Shown piece by piece: positions 25,574 through 36,784 of a stretch of 64,000 nt of DNA (position 1 is its first letter; every line of letters begins with the position of its first letter). The notes beneath the pieces are model-generated. The model was not told where the DNA came from. It saw only the letters and a program-made list of their open reading frames with translations, and did not search any database. The position numbers and the translations under genes are program-made. The stretch is from Lama glama (lineage: Eukaryota): positions 98,830,001-98,894,000 of the forward strand of contig CM052817.1 in assembly GCA_028534125.1 (NCBI GenBank). Direction: 5' to 3'.

Positions 25574-26390
25574 GTAGTTCTCAACCTGATGATTACTTTT
25601 ATAAAGGAAGCCATTCACGTGAACTTGGCGGCCACCCAAAATCCACTTGTGCTAAATTACGATCTCCCTAAACAGGGATGTGATCGTGTCACTAGTTCGT
25701 CTGTTTAGCCTCAGTGGGCAGGGGTCACATCAAGATACATAGAATCTCATTGTTAATGAAAGTATCCCAATTTCAAATCTTAGTCTTGGGTTTCCTTTAT
25801 TTTTCCTTAGTGGCAATCTGCTCATGATTCCTAAATGTAGACTGTGCTTTTTCTTAGATAATTAATAAATGGGTTTCTGTGATGTCTGCTGTGTTCTGGG
25901 CACTGGAGATACATTGTGAAAAATAGTTAGTCTTAACTACTTCCTCCTCCTCTTTGAGAAGACTTTGAGCCAGGAATTAGCCTTAACAAAGCATCTTAAC
26001 TGGCCAGAGTCTTCTTTACTAGAATCTTGAGGAGAAAATTTCTGAGATTAAGTCCTCACCATCGTCCCTTTCCCCTTTCCCCAGAGTTGACAAAAAAGTT
26101 TACAAAGTTTTAGTTAGACTTCCCCTTTACCCAAAGCTAATCACTTATTTTTCAACTGACATTTCAGGATTTTTTAGGTTTACTGACTATGTTGGTTTCT
26201 GATTCCAACCAACAAGGCAAAAGGAAATTGATGATTTAGGTGTTCTCTTCAGAAAATACACTCCGATTTTCCTTAGTTTTACCATAGATTTAGAAATAAA
26301 TGTGTTGTGATTTATCATCTTACAAATATGTAGGAATCCAGGTGAAATGTTGATGTGTTCATTAGACTTTGCATTTATCCTGTTTTGCAG

Positions 26391-26499
26391 GTGTGAATGG
26401 AAACAGGTGCTCTGAATCGTCGACTCTTCTGGAGAAATACAAAATTGGGAAGGTTATTGGTGATGGCAACTTTGCAGTAGTCAAAGAGTGCATGGACAG
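26391..26499 (+). CDS. DCLK2: DCLK2 coding exon (about exon 7), kinase Gly-rich loop
   Basis: ttgcag|GTGTG...GACAG|gtgcgt, 109 nt, phase 1-2. Encodes (G)[35 protein letters not shown](R). Confidence 0.97.
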
Positions 26500-28120
26500 G
26501 TGCGTGGATAGTGCGGATAGCCATTTGTTCACCAACACGCACATTCTTCCCTGGGAGTTTATTCTGACTAAATAAAAGGCCTTCTGAAAGAGTGTACAGT
26601 TGGGATCAGCAGTTTTGCATCCCCACAAGAAACTTAACAGGGAAAAATATATGCATACATCTAGAGTATAAACCTGCCTTGTGCTTTGAGAGGTATATCA
26701 AATCTCATCCATATGCTAGAGAAAAATGGGAAAGAATAAGATTCATTTTTTAAAAAACCTGTAGCACTTACCTGTGCAGCTCAGGCTCTGTTCTCAGTTC
26801 TGTACTTGTATTAATTCATTTAATCCCCCTAACCACCCTCTCCGCTGATAATTAACTACATATCATCAGTAGTTCAGGATACATGAGCTCTGAGTTTATA
26901 AGATCAGAATCAGCCAACTTTTGCCAATTAAAATTACATTTTTGCTTGCCCAGTTTTATTTTGTTTAAGGTCCTAAATCCTCAAATGGTAAGAAATCCAT
27001 TCTTTTACATTCCAGACCTTTTGTAAAGAATACTAAAACTGAAAAAGACTGAGATTAGAGTCTTTGTGTGTTTAGGCTGCTAGCCTCGCTGTTCTAAGTG
27101 GTAATTTTTATTGTCAGTGGGGAATTTTCTGGAAAGTTCTGGTAAAAAAAAAAACCTACAGTTTTTTTGTGTTTTGCGGCATCACCAGGGAAGCTTTACC
27201 GCTGCCTGTGTGCTGCACAGAGTAGCTCTGTGTCCTCTAAGCCCTTCTGCTTAGCTCTGGTACGTAGATTGCCACCCAGGTAACAAGGGTGTTAGTATGA
27301 CTTCTAAAGACTTGTTAGAAATCCGAGGCAGTGTTTGGTTTATATTATGGGAAAGCAATTTAAATGAAAGTTATTCTTCCAAGGTAAGCCTCATCGGCGT
27401 GTGCTGTGACCACCGGGCGAAAGCAGCTAGCAAGTGAGAGAGCTAACGTATTGCAAGAAAACCACCGTGTTCTTTCATGAACTGCTCTCCTATTCTAAAG
27501 GATGTATTTTTGACATATTCAGATTAAATTATGTTAAAGGTGATTAAAAGTTAAATAACAATATCAAGATTCTCATGTCCAAGTAAATGATGTCTCCAGT
27601 ACCAGATACAGGTGTTTAAAGGTGTGGATGAGATGGTACCAGATCCTCACTGGAGTTTTGGCTGGGAAATAGATGAAAATCTAGGGACTTTTCAGTTTTG
27701 AATTATGGGCTACTTCGTGACTAATGGATTCATGTAAAGACATTGAAAAATGAAAATGTCCGTGACCTTGGTTCATTTTTCTTAATTTTATTCTGTCTCT
27801 TAAGAGAACTATTTTTGAGATTTAAGTATGGAAAAATAGCTTCTTGTCCAGCTCTGATACAACAGAGTTTAAATACTTTAAGTATGTGAGTTGCTTTAAA
27901 ATATGGTTAATATTTATAAAAGGAGGTTGACAGTGTGGCTTTGTGGGTTTTTTAAAATCTTTTTTGGGTATTTTTCTCCCTGACCCCAGTCAGCATCATG
28001 TCTGATGTACAGAGGGGGAAGGCAGCCTTTCTTCCCCGAGTCTGTGCTATAGAGGAAACCAGGAAGGTTGGTGTCTTTGATTCATGTCTTTAAAACGGCC
28101 TTCCTCTGATTATTCCACAG

Positions 28121-28178
28121 GTCCACTGGAAAGGAGTTTGCCCTAAAGATTATAGACAAAGCCAAATGTTGTGGAAAG
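28121..28178 (+). CDS. DCLK2: DCLK2 coding exon (about exon 8), catalytic Lys
   Basis: ccacag|GTCC...GGAAAG|gtatag, 58 nt, phase 2-0. Encodes (R)STGKEFALKIIDKAKCCGK. Confidence 0.97.
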
Positions 28179-28479
28179 GTATAGTATACATAACTGTTTT
28201 GTAAAAGAAACTGAAAAAAACTTGGAGATGTTTGCTGTGGTGAAGGAATTTAAGTGGTGATTTGATGAGATTGTAACAGGAACAGACTGCTGATTATAGT
28301 GTGGGAAACATTATCAAGCTTTTTTTCCCCCCTGCTATGTTTCAGAAACTTTAATCCGAAAACAGTAAATTGATTTTATCTTTGTCCTAATGAAGGAAAA
28401 ATACAAGTTCTCTTCTCCGGGAGATGCCTATTTTAAAAGTCAGCAACACACAAAAGCTATGTCGAGGACTTTGAGAGGT

Positions 28480-28900
28480 CTGAGACTGGACCCTACTTTC
28501 AAACTGACAAATTAGCCTACCCGGTTTGTGGATGTGGCAGAAGACACAGTTTCCTGGGTCAGAGACAAAAAAAAAAACCCTTATTACTCATAGTGTAGCT
28601 GGAAGCAGGAGCTAGCTCCATGCTTGCTCTGGTTCTCCTTAATTCCAAAGGTCCACAGAAGTGATGCGAAGAGGCCCCGCTGGATGCTGTCACACAGTAG
28701 GCTTTTGTCACAGCAGGCGATCCCCAAGCTTAGGAACCCCCAATCTTATGAGGAGGACACTAGCAAACCTACCCCAGAGAAGAACATTATTCTTACTCTC
28801 ATGTTCAGGAAACAAATCTGCCCTCCGCCCCGACGGAGACCCTGTCTCTGCGTTCCAAGGGTGTTTGCTGTATAGACATCCTCCAAGAAAGCTTGAAACA
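28480..28900. mobile_element. Probable old ERV1-type LTR relic
   Basis: TGAGACTGGACCCTACTT...AATTAGCCTAC...GGCAGAAGACACAG..TCCTGGGTCAGAGACAAA...TTATTACTCA resembles MER34/39-class LTRs. Boundaries are uncertain. Confidence 0.5.
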
Positions 28901-29174
28901 ACAGCTGATGCAGGGTGTGCAGGAACACCAGGGACTGTCTCCCCAAATGGATGAACTTTACTCTGTGTCCCAGTGTCAAGATGGGGCTGGGAAGAGATCA
29001 AATGATGGAGTGCTGCTAGATTTTTACTGATATTTTAAGTATGTTCAAAAAGATAAGTATTTCATAACAGGGACAACAAAGACCTTTTTAGATTCCTTTC
29101 TGGTAGGTAGCGTTGCAGTTCAGAGAGCAGGCTTTAGATCTCACAGTCTGCCACTGGGCTCCTAGCATGCGAGG

Positions 29175-29435
29175 TGCCAGGCACTTGAAAGGTGGCCAGT
29201 CTGAGTTGAAACACACAGCAGATGTTGAAGATTTAATGCTAAAAGAACAAACAATACCTCATTAATATTTTTCATATTTGATTACATGTTGAAGTGATAC
29301 TATTTTGGACATATTGGGCTAAGTAAGCTTTATGACTTTACCTGCTTTTTATATTTTTTTTAGCATGGCTGTTAGAAAATTCAGATTTACGTTTATGGAT
29401 CACATTATATTTCTGTTGAGCAGTACTGCTCTAGA
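29175..29435. mobile_element. MER3/MER33-like hAT relic
   Basis: GCACTTGAAAGGTGGCCAGT...TTGATTACATGTTGAAGTGATACTATTTTGGACATATTGGG...CACATTATATTTCTGTTG. Confidence 0.7.
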
Positions 29436-29645
29436 GCCAGATTGTATAAAGTAAACCTGGGCTCTGCTTCTTTTTGCTGTGTGACCTTGGAAAAATTACA
29501 TAACCCCTCTGTGCTTCTGTTTCTTCCTGTAAAATGCAGTTATTAATGATACCTAAGACATAAGGGTGTTATGAGTGTTAATTGAATTAAGCTATAGAAA
29601 ACATGTAGAAAAGTACTGGTATATAATAAGAATTTAGCACCTGTT
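29436..29645 (+). mobile_element. MIR SINE relic
   Basis: CCTGGGCTCTGC...GCTGTGTGACCTTGG...TAACCCCTCTGTGCTTCTGTTTCTTCCTGTAAAATG. Confidence 0.7.
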
Positions 29646-30437
29646 AACTATTAATATTATTAATATGCCAAAGGAATTCAGAATGATACAATACTAGGAT
29701 TTGATGTGATAGTAGTGATTTTATATTTATGGAACTCCTAAAGCTTTTCTTCCACACATCTACTAAACTGTGTATTTTTAACAGAAAACTTAAAATATTA
29801 TGGTAAAGTTTCAGAAAAAACTTCTCAGAGACCCAGAATGGAATAGTCCAAGAGGCAAATTTGTCAGATGACTTTTTTTTTTTTTTACTATGCTGTGACA
29901 GGTAGGGAAGCAGTCTGTACAAAAAGCTCCCCCTCTTTTCTTTGAATAAGGTTTTTCTAAATTTAATTTCCTTTAAATAAGTCTATGTGTTTTAACTTAC
30001 TGTGCTAACAATATTATTAAATTTTTAACTGCAAAGCCTTTCCCCATATGTAAGTAGGTATTACTTTTTGTATCTGATGTTTAAGCAGAATGTATCATAA
30101 TTTTGGGAAGCCAAGGTCTAAACAACTGCATTAAAGTATTTTTTCAAAAAAGTTTTAAAATAATTGCTATGGTAGGGATATTGCTTACCTGATTGAAATT
30201 TAAGCAACTGTTTCAGTAGTTGGAAAAAAAATATGATCTTTATGCAGAAAAATTCAGTCTGGTACACTAAGTACTGAGGCAAATGAATAGGTCACTTCAA
30301 ACATTTGGAACTTGTTTTTCCTTGTTATTGAATGTCATTGTATTTTTTACAATTCATGATGATATTCTTGTTTCCATTCTTATATTTTACTTATTTGAAC
30401 AGCTATTTCCACACTGACTATATAACGTAATTTTAAA

Positions 30438-30640
30438 ACTTTTTGTAATTGAAGTATGGTTGATTTACAATATTGTCTTAGTTTCAGGTGTACAGCAAAG
30501 TGATTCAGTTATTTTTTTCAGATTATATTTTATTTTTAGGTTATGACAAGATGTTGAATATAATTCCCCATGCTATAAAGTAAATCCTTATTGCTTATCT
30601 ATTTTATGTATAGTAGTTTGGGTATGTTAATCCCGTACTT
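30438..30640 (-). mobile_element. L1 3' end fragment
   Basis: AATTGAAGTATGGTTGATTTACAATATTGT.TTAGTTTCAGGTGTACAGCAAAGTGATTCAG...ATCTATTTTATGTATAGTAG. Confidence 0.8.
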
Positions 30641-31664
30641 GATTTGTTTCAAAGGAGTAGATTTTCCCACTAAATTTTATGTTTAGGAAAAAATGGTATA
30701 GAGAATATTTTTTTTTTTTTAAGCAAAAATCTGGAGAAAGGCATTCAGCCACTCTTGTGGGGTATTGTTTGTCACCTTTGCTTTGCGGGTTGTACACAGA
30801 AAAGTAATAATGTTAAAAATAGTATCTGCCATTTATTAAAATGTGTTATCTGTCCAGGCCTGGACATGTAGCAACTTTGCATATTACCTTTAATAACTTG
30901 AAAAACAGATGTACCAATTTTGCAGAGAAAGAAACAGATTCAGATTGAATAGCTTCTCAAAAGTCACACAGAGGCAGAGTCGTGATTGGAATTTGGGGCT
31001 AGTTGGTTGCACAGCCAGTCTACATGCTTCCTTTCCAAATTCAGTTTATGCATTCGTTCATGTAATAAGAACCTGGGGGGAAAATTCTTGACCCTTGGCC
31101 TTCCGTTTGCTTTTCTGTAATATACATGAACATTATTAGATTAATTCACTCACTTACCTAACATCTGATGTGTGTGCAAGATACTGTGCTAGGAAGAAGG
31201 TAATTTAACATGTAAATTAATACCAGTTCTGCAGAGAGTGTTGTGGGAGTTCAGGGGAAGCAGAGGAGAGAGAAGTGGGTGATCGGTGGAGATGCCTCAG
31301 AGCAGATGCACTTGAGCTGGACCTGAGCAGCGGGTAGGATTCGAACAGTGATGACAGAAAAGCCTCCCAGGCAGCCAGCGCAGCCTGAGCAGAGGCCCAG
31401 AAGCATGTTGGGTTCTTCTGAGTAGATTTTTGGCAAAATTCACCTTGGGGCCGTATTTATGGAGGCTTTTGAGAAGGCTGTGGTGTTTGTAAATTTAAGA
31501 ATTCTTCCATGTCTAATTTACTAAACCATATTCATTCTAAATAAATATTCATTGAATTCCCATAAGCCCTGAGCTTTCCATTGTGGTGCTTAGAAGTGGC
31601 CCTTCTCTTCCCCCAGGTCTGCATCCGTTATCCACATGTTACAGGAAGATGTAAATCTAAATGT

Positions 31665-32120
31665 ATATTGTATGAGTTTCCTGAGGCTGTTGGACTAAGT
31701 TACCACACACTTGGTGGCTTGCAGCGGAAACTTACTTTCTCGCAGTTCTGGGGACTGAGAGTCTGAAATCCACAGACCTCCTCTGAAGGCTTTAGGGAAG
31801 AATCTGTTCCTTGACTCTGATTAGCTTCTGGTGGCTGACAGTATTCCCTGTGCTTGTGGCCACATCACCCCAAACTCTGTTTCCATCTTCACATGGCCTT
31901 CTCTTCCGTGTGTTTATTTTTCCTCTTCTGTGTGTGAAGTCTCCCTCTGCCTCTGTCTCATAAAGACAGCTGTGGTGGCACCCAGATAATCCACAGCTAC
32001 CTCTTTGTTGCAGAATCGTTAATCACATCTCCAAAGACATTTTTTTCTTTCCAAATATAGTTACCAGTTCCAGGCATTAAGAATTGATAATGTCACATGG
32101 CTATTATTCAACCCACCACA
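31665..32120 (-). mobile_element. MaLR LTR (MLT1-type)
   Basis: TGTATGAGTTTCCTGAGGCTG...TACCACACACTTGGTGGCTT...CAGTTCTGG...AGCTTCTGGTGGCTG...ATTCAACCCACCACA. Confidence 0.85.
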
Positions 32121-33303
32121 TTTGCCTGCCACTGAAGTGACATACAGTGACTTGAATCTCCGATTTCCCTTACTGTATTATCCTCAGTGGTACTCACGCC
32201 ACAATATAGATACCAGCTGTAAAGCCACTGTGACCAAGAGCAGTGCGTGATGTGTTTACGCATTCACCTACTCAAGCACCTCAGAACGAGCTGTGCTAGT
32301 GTGAGAGAGCAGGGTAAACCAAAACCTCCACGACAGCAGGGTGAGAGCGGTGGTTGGAGCAAGCTTGGGGGCAGTGAGAACAAATTAGAGGGTTGAGCAG
32401 CTGTGGTGGAGCAGGGGTGGGTTACCTGGAGGAGGTGAGATCCCATGTGATCCTGAGGAATAAATAGGAGTTCACCAAGAAGTAGGGGAAGAAAGTTCCA
32501 GAAAGAACTGCCTGTGCCAGTGCCTGGAGTGCTGGGTGAGAGACGTGTGAAAGGGACAGAGAAAAGGGAATGGATGTAGGCTATTGAGCAGGCAGTCCTG
32601 GCAGGGGCTGGCAACCGGCTGGCTATGCAGGAGGATGCAGGATCGAGGGCCAGGGTGCAAATCCGTCTGCTCTGGGCAGCCAGCTTCACTCAATGAGACA
32701 GAGGACACAGTGGGGAAGGACTGTTCTGTGGGGCTGGGAAGGGTGGAGACAGGATGCTTCGTTTGGTTTAGGAGAGTTGTTTATTCCCCAAATCCATTTC
32801 TCTCTGGTCCTGTCTGTCTGTCTGTACATTAAAAACCACCGTGGCCAAGGATCGGGCAGTTTCCGATGCCAAGTGAGCCGTTTCTTTGTCATTTACTCTC
32901 ACACGAAACCCTGGAACACCGCCATGAAATGATTCATGTGTAAATTATTTGGAGTTAGAATCATGAATCACTTAACATAAATAATGGTAGATGACTGAAT
33001 AATGTAAGTCCACTGCAGTTTGAGACAAAAGTGATGTTCATATCGTATTTAGAAATAACTCCTGGAAAATGTAATCTAGAGAGCATTTTTTACATATTAG
33101 AAGCAGATTGCATATGGGTTGCATAAGAAAGAGAACATTTGTAAGGATTTTTTTGTGCACTGTTTTGCTTCTGAGGTTGGTTTAGTTCAAAAAGTGGATT
33201 TGTTCCTTCAAAGACGCTTTTACAGGCGTCCTCAGAGGTTGGGAAACAAAGGCTAATAGCTCCCACGTCCCAACAAAAACCTTCACTGTGTGCGGAGAAT
33301 GCT

Positions 33304-33803
33304 NNNNNNNNNNNNNNNNNNNNNNNNNNNNNNNNNNNNNNNNNNNNNNNNNNNNNNNNNNNNNNNNNNNNNNNNNNNNNNNNNNNNNNNNNNNNNNNNN
33401 NNNNNNNNNNNNNNNNNNNNNNNNNNNNNNNNNNNNNNNNNNNNNNNNNNNNNNNNNNNNNNNNNNNNNNNNNNNNNNNNNNNNNNNNNNNNNNNNNNNN
33501 NNNNNNNNNNNNNNNNNNNNNNNNNNNNNNNNNNNNNNNNNNNNNNNNNNNNNNNNNNNNNNNNNNNNNNNNNNNNNNNNNNNNNNNNNNNNNNNNNNNN
33601 NNNNNNNNNNNNNNNNNNNNNNNNNNNNNNNNNNNNNNNNNNNNNNNNNNNNNNNNNNNNNNNNNNNNNNNNNNNNNNNNNNNNNNNNNNNNNNNNNNNN
33701 NNNNNNNNNNNNNNNNNNNNNNNNNNNNNNNNNNNNNNNNNNNNNNNNNNNNNNNNNNNNNNNNNNNNNNNNNNNNNNNNNNNNNNNNNNNNNNNNNNNN
33801 NNN
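33304..33803. other. Assembly gap (exactly 500 N)
   Basis: Run of N inside a DCLK2 intron. The flanking exons (ending 28178, starting 35469) join in frame as ...CCGK|EHLIE..., so no constitutive exon is hidden. Confidence 0.99.
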
Positions 33804-35468
33804 CACTTCTTCTAGGTCCTATCTTTTCAAGGAATTAGTTTCAGCTTTGCAGCTGTCATTTTCGTTTTGAAAAATTCCACCTTGGCTTTGACTTTGAAGC
33901 ATTCCCCTTTGAAAGGTGGTGTTGTGCAGTACAAAAAAATGTGCTTTTGGACGCCAGGAACCGAGGTTTGCCCCCCCCCCACGAAGGACTGCTCTAAGGA
34001 TAAAGCGTTAAGACATTGCACAAGTACCTTGCACAGCGACTAGCAAATTGTGACTAGATTCCCAAGAAATGCTGGTTCTTTTCTTTCCCCTACTTCTGTT
34101 TAGCGTTTGCACTGTCATTTGCCAACATTTATCGAGTGGACTACTTGGACGAACACAGAGCATTCAGCACTCCAGAAACACCACCCACCACATGCAGGAG
34201 TTTGCAGGAGCTTTTCTCTGGATGTTCTTTGTTCATTGGTTGTAATTTATACTTTCATCTATTGTGCAAAAGTATTGGAGATGGCTTAGAGTGAAAATAC
34301 ATGTATACATGGATGCATGAAGCTAAGAGAGGAACCACAGTGGTATCCTGAACTACATACAGATAAGATAATTGTCTTACTGCTGCAGTGGAACACTGAC
34401 TTTAGTTCTGAGATGCATGCTAGCCAAAGGGGTGGTGTGAGGGACACACACACATGCACGCACGTGTGTGGTATGGGTGTATACATATATGTGTATTTAG
34501 CTAGTAAATGATAACGCTTATGAGGTAAATTTATATAAAAGCTATGTTTGAAAACCTAGAGCATGTGGTAGGGCAGTTAGCAAATTTTACAGAGCATTTC
34601 TTAAATTCCAAACAGTTCGTTATAACAGTTAATGAGGATCAACAAATGTGACATTACTGAGAGATTTTAATGTCGCAGAGTAAAATAGAGCATTAGTTGT
34701 TCATGATTCATGAGTTGGCGTATTGAGAATAGTTCCTTAATGCTGTGAGTAAACATTTGGCTATAATGCTGTCCCAACCACATCACTCACCAGGACTGAT
34801 AACCAGGTGGTGTTTTCAGAGAATTGATTAGAGTTCAAAGGAGAATAGTGGGCCCCACGGTACTGTATGTGTCCTGAGTTCTGAAATGCAAGATGATAAA
34901 GAATGTCCATCTGGTGAACGGTTTTGTACCCAGTCATAGAGGAGGAGAGTTTCTTTTTCATGAATTTCAACATGAAATTCAGTTTACACTGGTAATAGTT
35001 TAAAACTAAAAATGTTTGTAATGCTAGAGGTTGTGTCCCATAAGCATGCCAAATTTCCCCATGTGCCTGCCTGGTCTTTATTTCTGAGTGTTTACTGAAA
35101 TGAAAAAGTGGTTCCAGCTGAACTGCAGCACAGTGTGGCGTACCCAAGCCTTCTCAGCGTCACGGTGTCACAGCCTCTTAAGGTGCTGGGAGCATTGAAG
35201 ACGCACGGCGGGAGCGTGCACAGAGCACACCGAGAGGGCACCCCGAGCCCTTCCGAGGGGCGCTTTGCAGGATGTCTTCCTTTTTGTTAGTGATGATGAA
35301 ATATCACCCTGGCTTGTCCGTTGCTGTGGAAACCCGCTGGGCCAGAGTTTGGTTTGTCTCTGTTCCTTCAGCATCACATCTGCAATGTTGTCCTCCAGGA
35401 CACAGGGATAGAGCAGAGGGTTCTGTCATTTCTGAGCCGTCTCTCTAACCCCCCCTTTTTTTTGACAG

Positions 35469-35588
35469 GAACATCTGATTGAGAACGAAGTGTCGATACT
35501 GCGCAGAGTGAAGCATCCAAATATCATCATGCTGGTTGAGGAGATGGAAACGGCCACTGAGCTCTTTCTGGTGATGGAATTGGTCAAA
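35469..35588 (+). CDS. DCLK2: DCLK2 coding exon (about exon 9), alphaC and hinge
   Basis: tgacag|GAA...GTCAAA|gtaaga, 120 nt, phase 0-0. Encodes [40 protein letters not shown]. Confidence 0.98.
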
Positions 35589-35831
35589 GTAAGAGGACGG
35601 AGAGGTTTCAAGAGAGTTCATCAATGCCAGGTCCCACGACTTGCAATATTCTTGCAGGACCTAGTTGGAAAGTGTTTTGCCACCTTGAAGCTTTCGCTAC
35701 TTACAATCATCAATTTTAGTGGCACTCGTGTCATTTTGTTTTCATCTTTTCCAGGCCGATGAACCTTCTTTGTTACCTTCCTAGGATGGCCACTGTTGAT
35801 GTTTTGCTGTGTCCTTTTATGTGTCCTGTAG

Positions 35832-35978
35832 GGTGGAGATCTCTTTGATGCCATCACCTCTTCAACCAAGTACACCGAGAGAGACGGCAGCGCCATGGTG
35901 TACAACCTGGCCAGCGCCCTCAGGTACCTCCATGCCCTCAGCATTGTGCACAGAGACATCAAGCCAGAGAACCTCTTG
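35832..35978 (+). CDS. DCLK2: DCLK2 coding exon (about exon 10), HRD catalytic loop
   Basis: ctgtag|GGT...CTCTTG|gtatgt, 147 nt, phase 0-0. Encodes [49 protein letters not shown]. Confidence 0.98.
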
Positions 35979-36746
35979 GTATGTCACCTCTGCCTTTTCT
36001 GTTCCAGCTCATGCCTCTCTTCTGGTAAAGTGACAGTAATCACATGCAAACAGTCATGCACCCATCCTGCAAATAAGAGACTGAGAGAATTTAAATCTAG
36101 CAGATCAGCCTGATTTAAGTCAAAGGCCATAAAATGTTAATGGGTTTCTTGAATTGATCTGCATTTACTGTTTACCAGACGTTAGAAAAATTGTTTACAT
36201 TTATGTTCTGATTGATGGTACTGAGTAAAAGGTGAGCAGGAGAATTATTTTATGAGGCAAAATATTCTGAAGAATAAATTGGAGACAGAATTAGAGGTTT
36301 CTAGGAGACAGAAGTAGAACACGGGGGCTCATTTCTGTGCAGGAAATAATCTAGTCCAGTCATCTCGGTTTTACAGATATGGACATTGAGACCCAGAGAT
36401 ACTAGTTTTTCTTGCTTAAATGTCTCATTTGTCCCGTTGTTCTACCAAACAAAGTCTTATTCCATTATGGCACCCAGCTTTGTAGTCTGGTCCCAGTTTA
36501 CCTTTCCAGCCTCTTCTCCTGTCCCTCTCTTCTCTACCCATCTGGTGAGCATGGCACTCACCTTCAAACCATATTTAACTCCCCTCGTGGTGGTCTTCAA
36601 AACCAAACACAGCTTGCTAATTGGGCCAGTCCTCATATCTGCCTTGTAGAGGAATTTAAGAGGTGATTTGGGCGGTCTGCAGACACATCCCCCCAACACA
36701 CACAGGAAAGCTGGTTTCTCTGGTCCCACCTTTCAGGGCTGGGTAC

Positions 36747-36782
<36 letters not shown>
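36747..36782 (+). repeat. (CAT)12 microsatellite
   Basis: Perfect trinucleotide run, read directly. Confidence 0.97.

Positions 36783-36784
<2 letters not shown>

Noticed and set aside
33090..33838. Long ORFs made of X residues
   Set aside because: Artefacts of the 500-N assembly gap.
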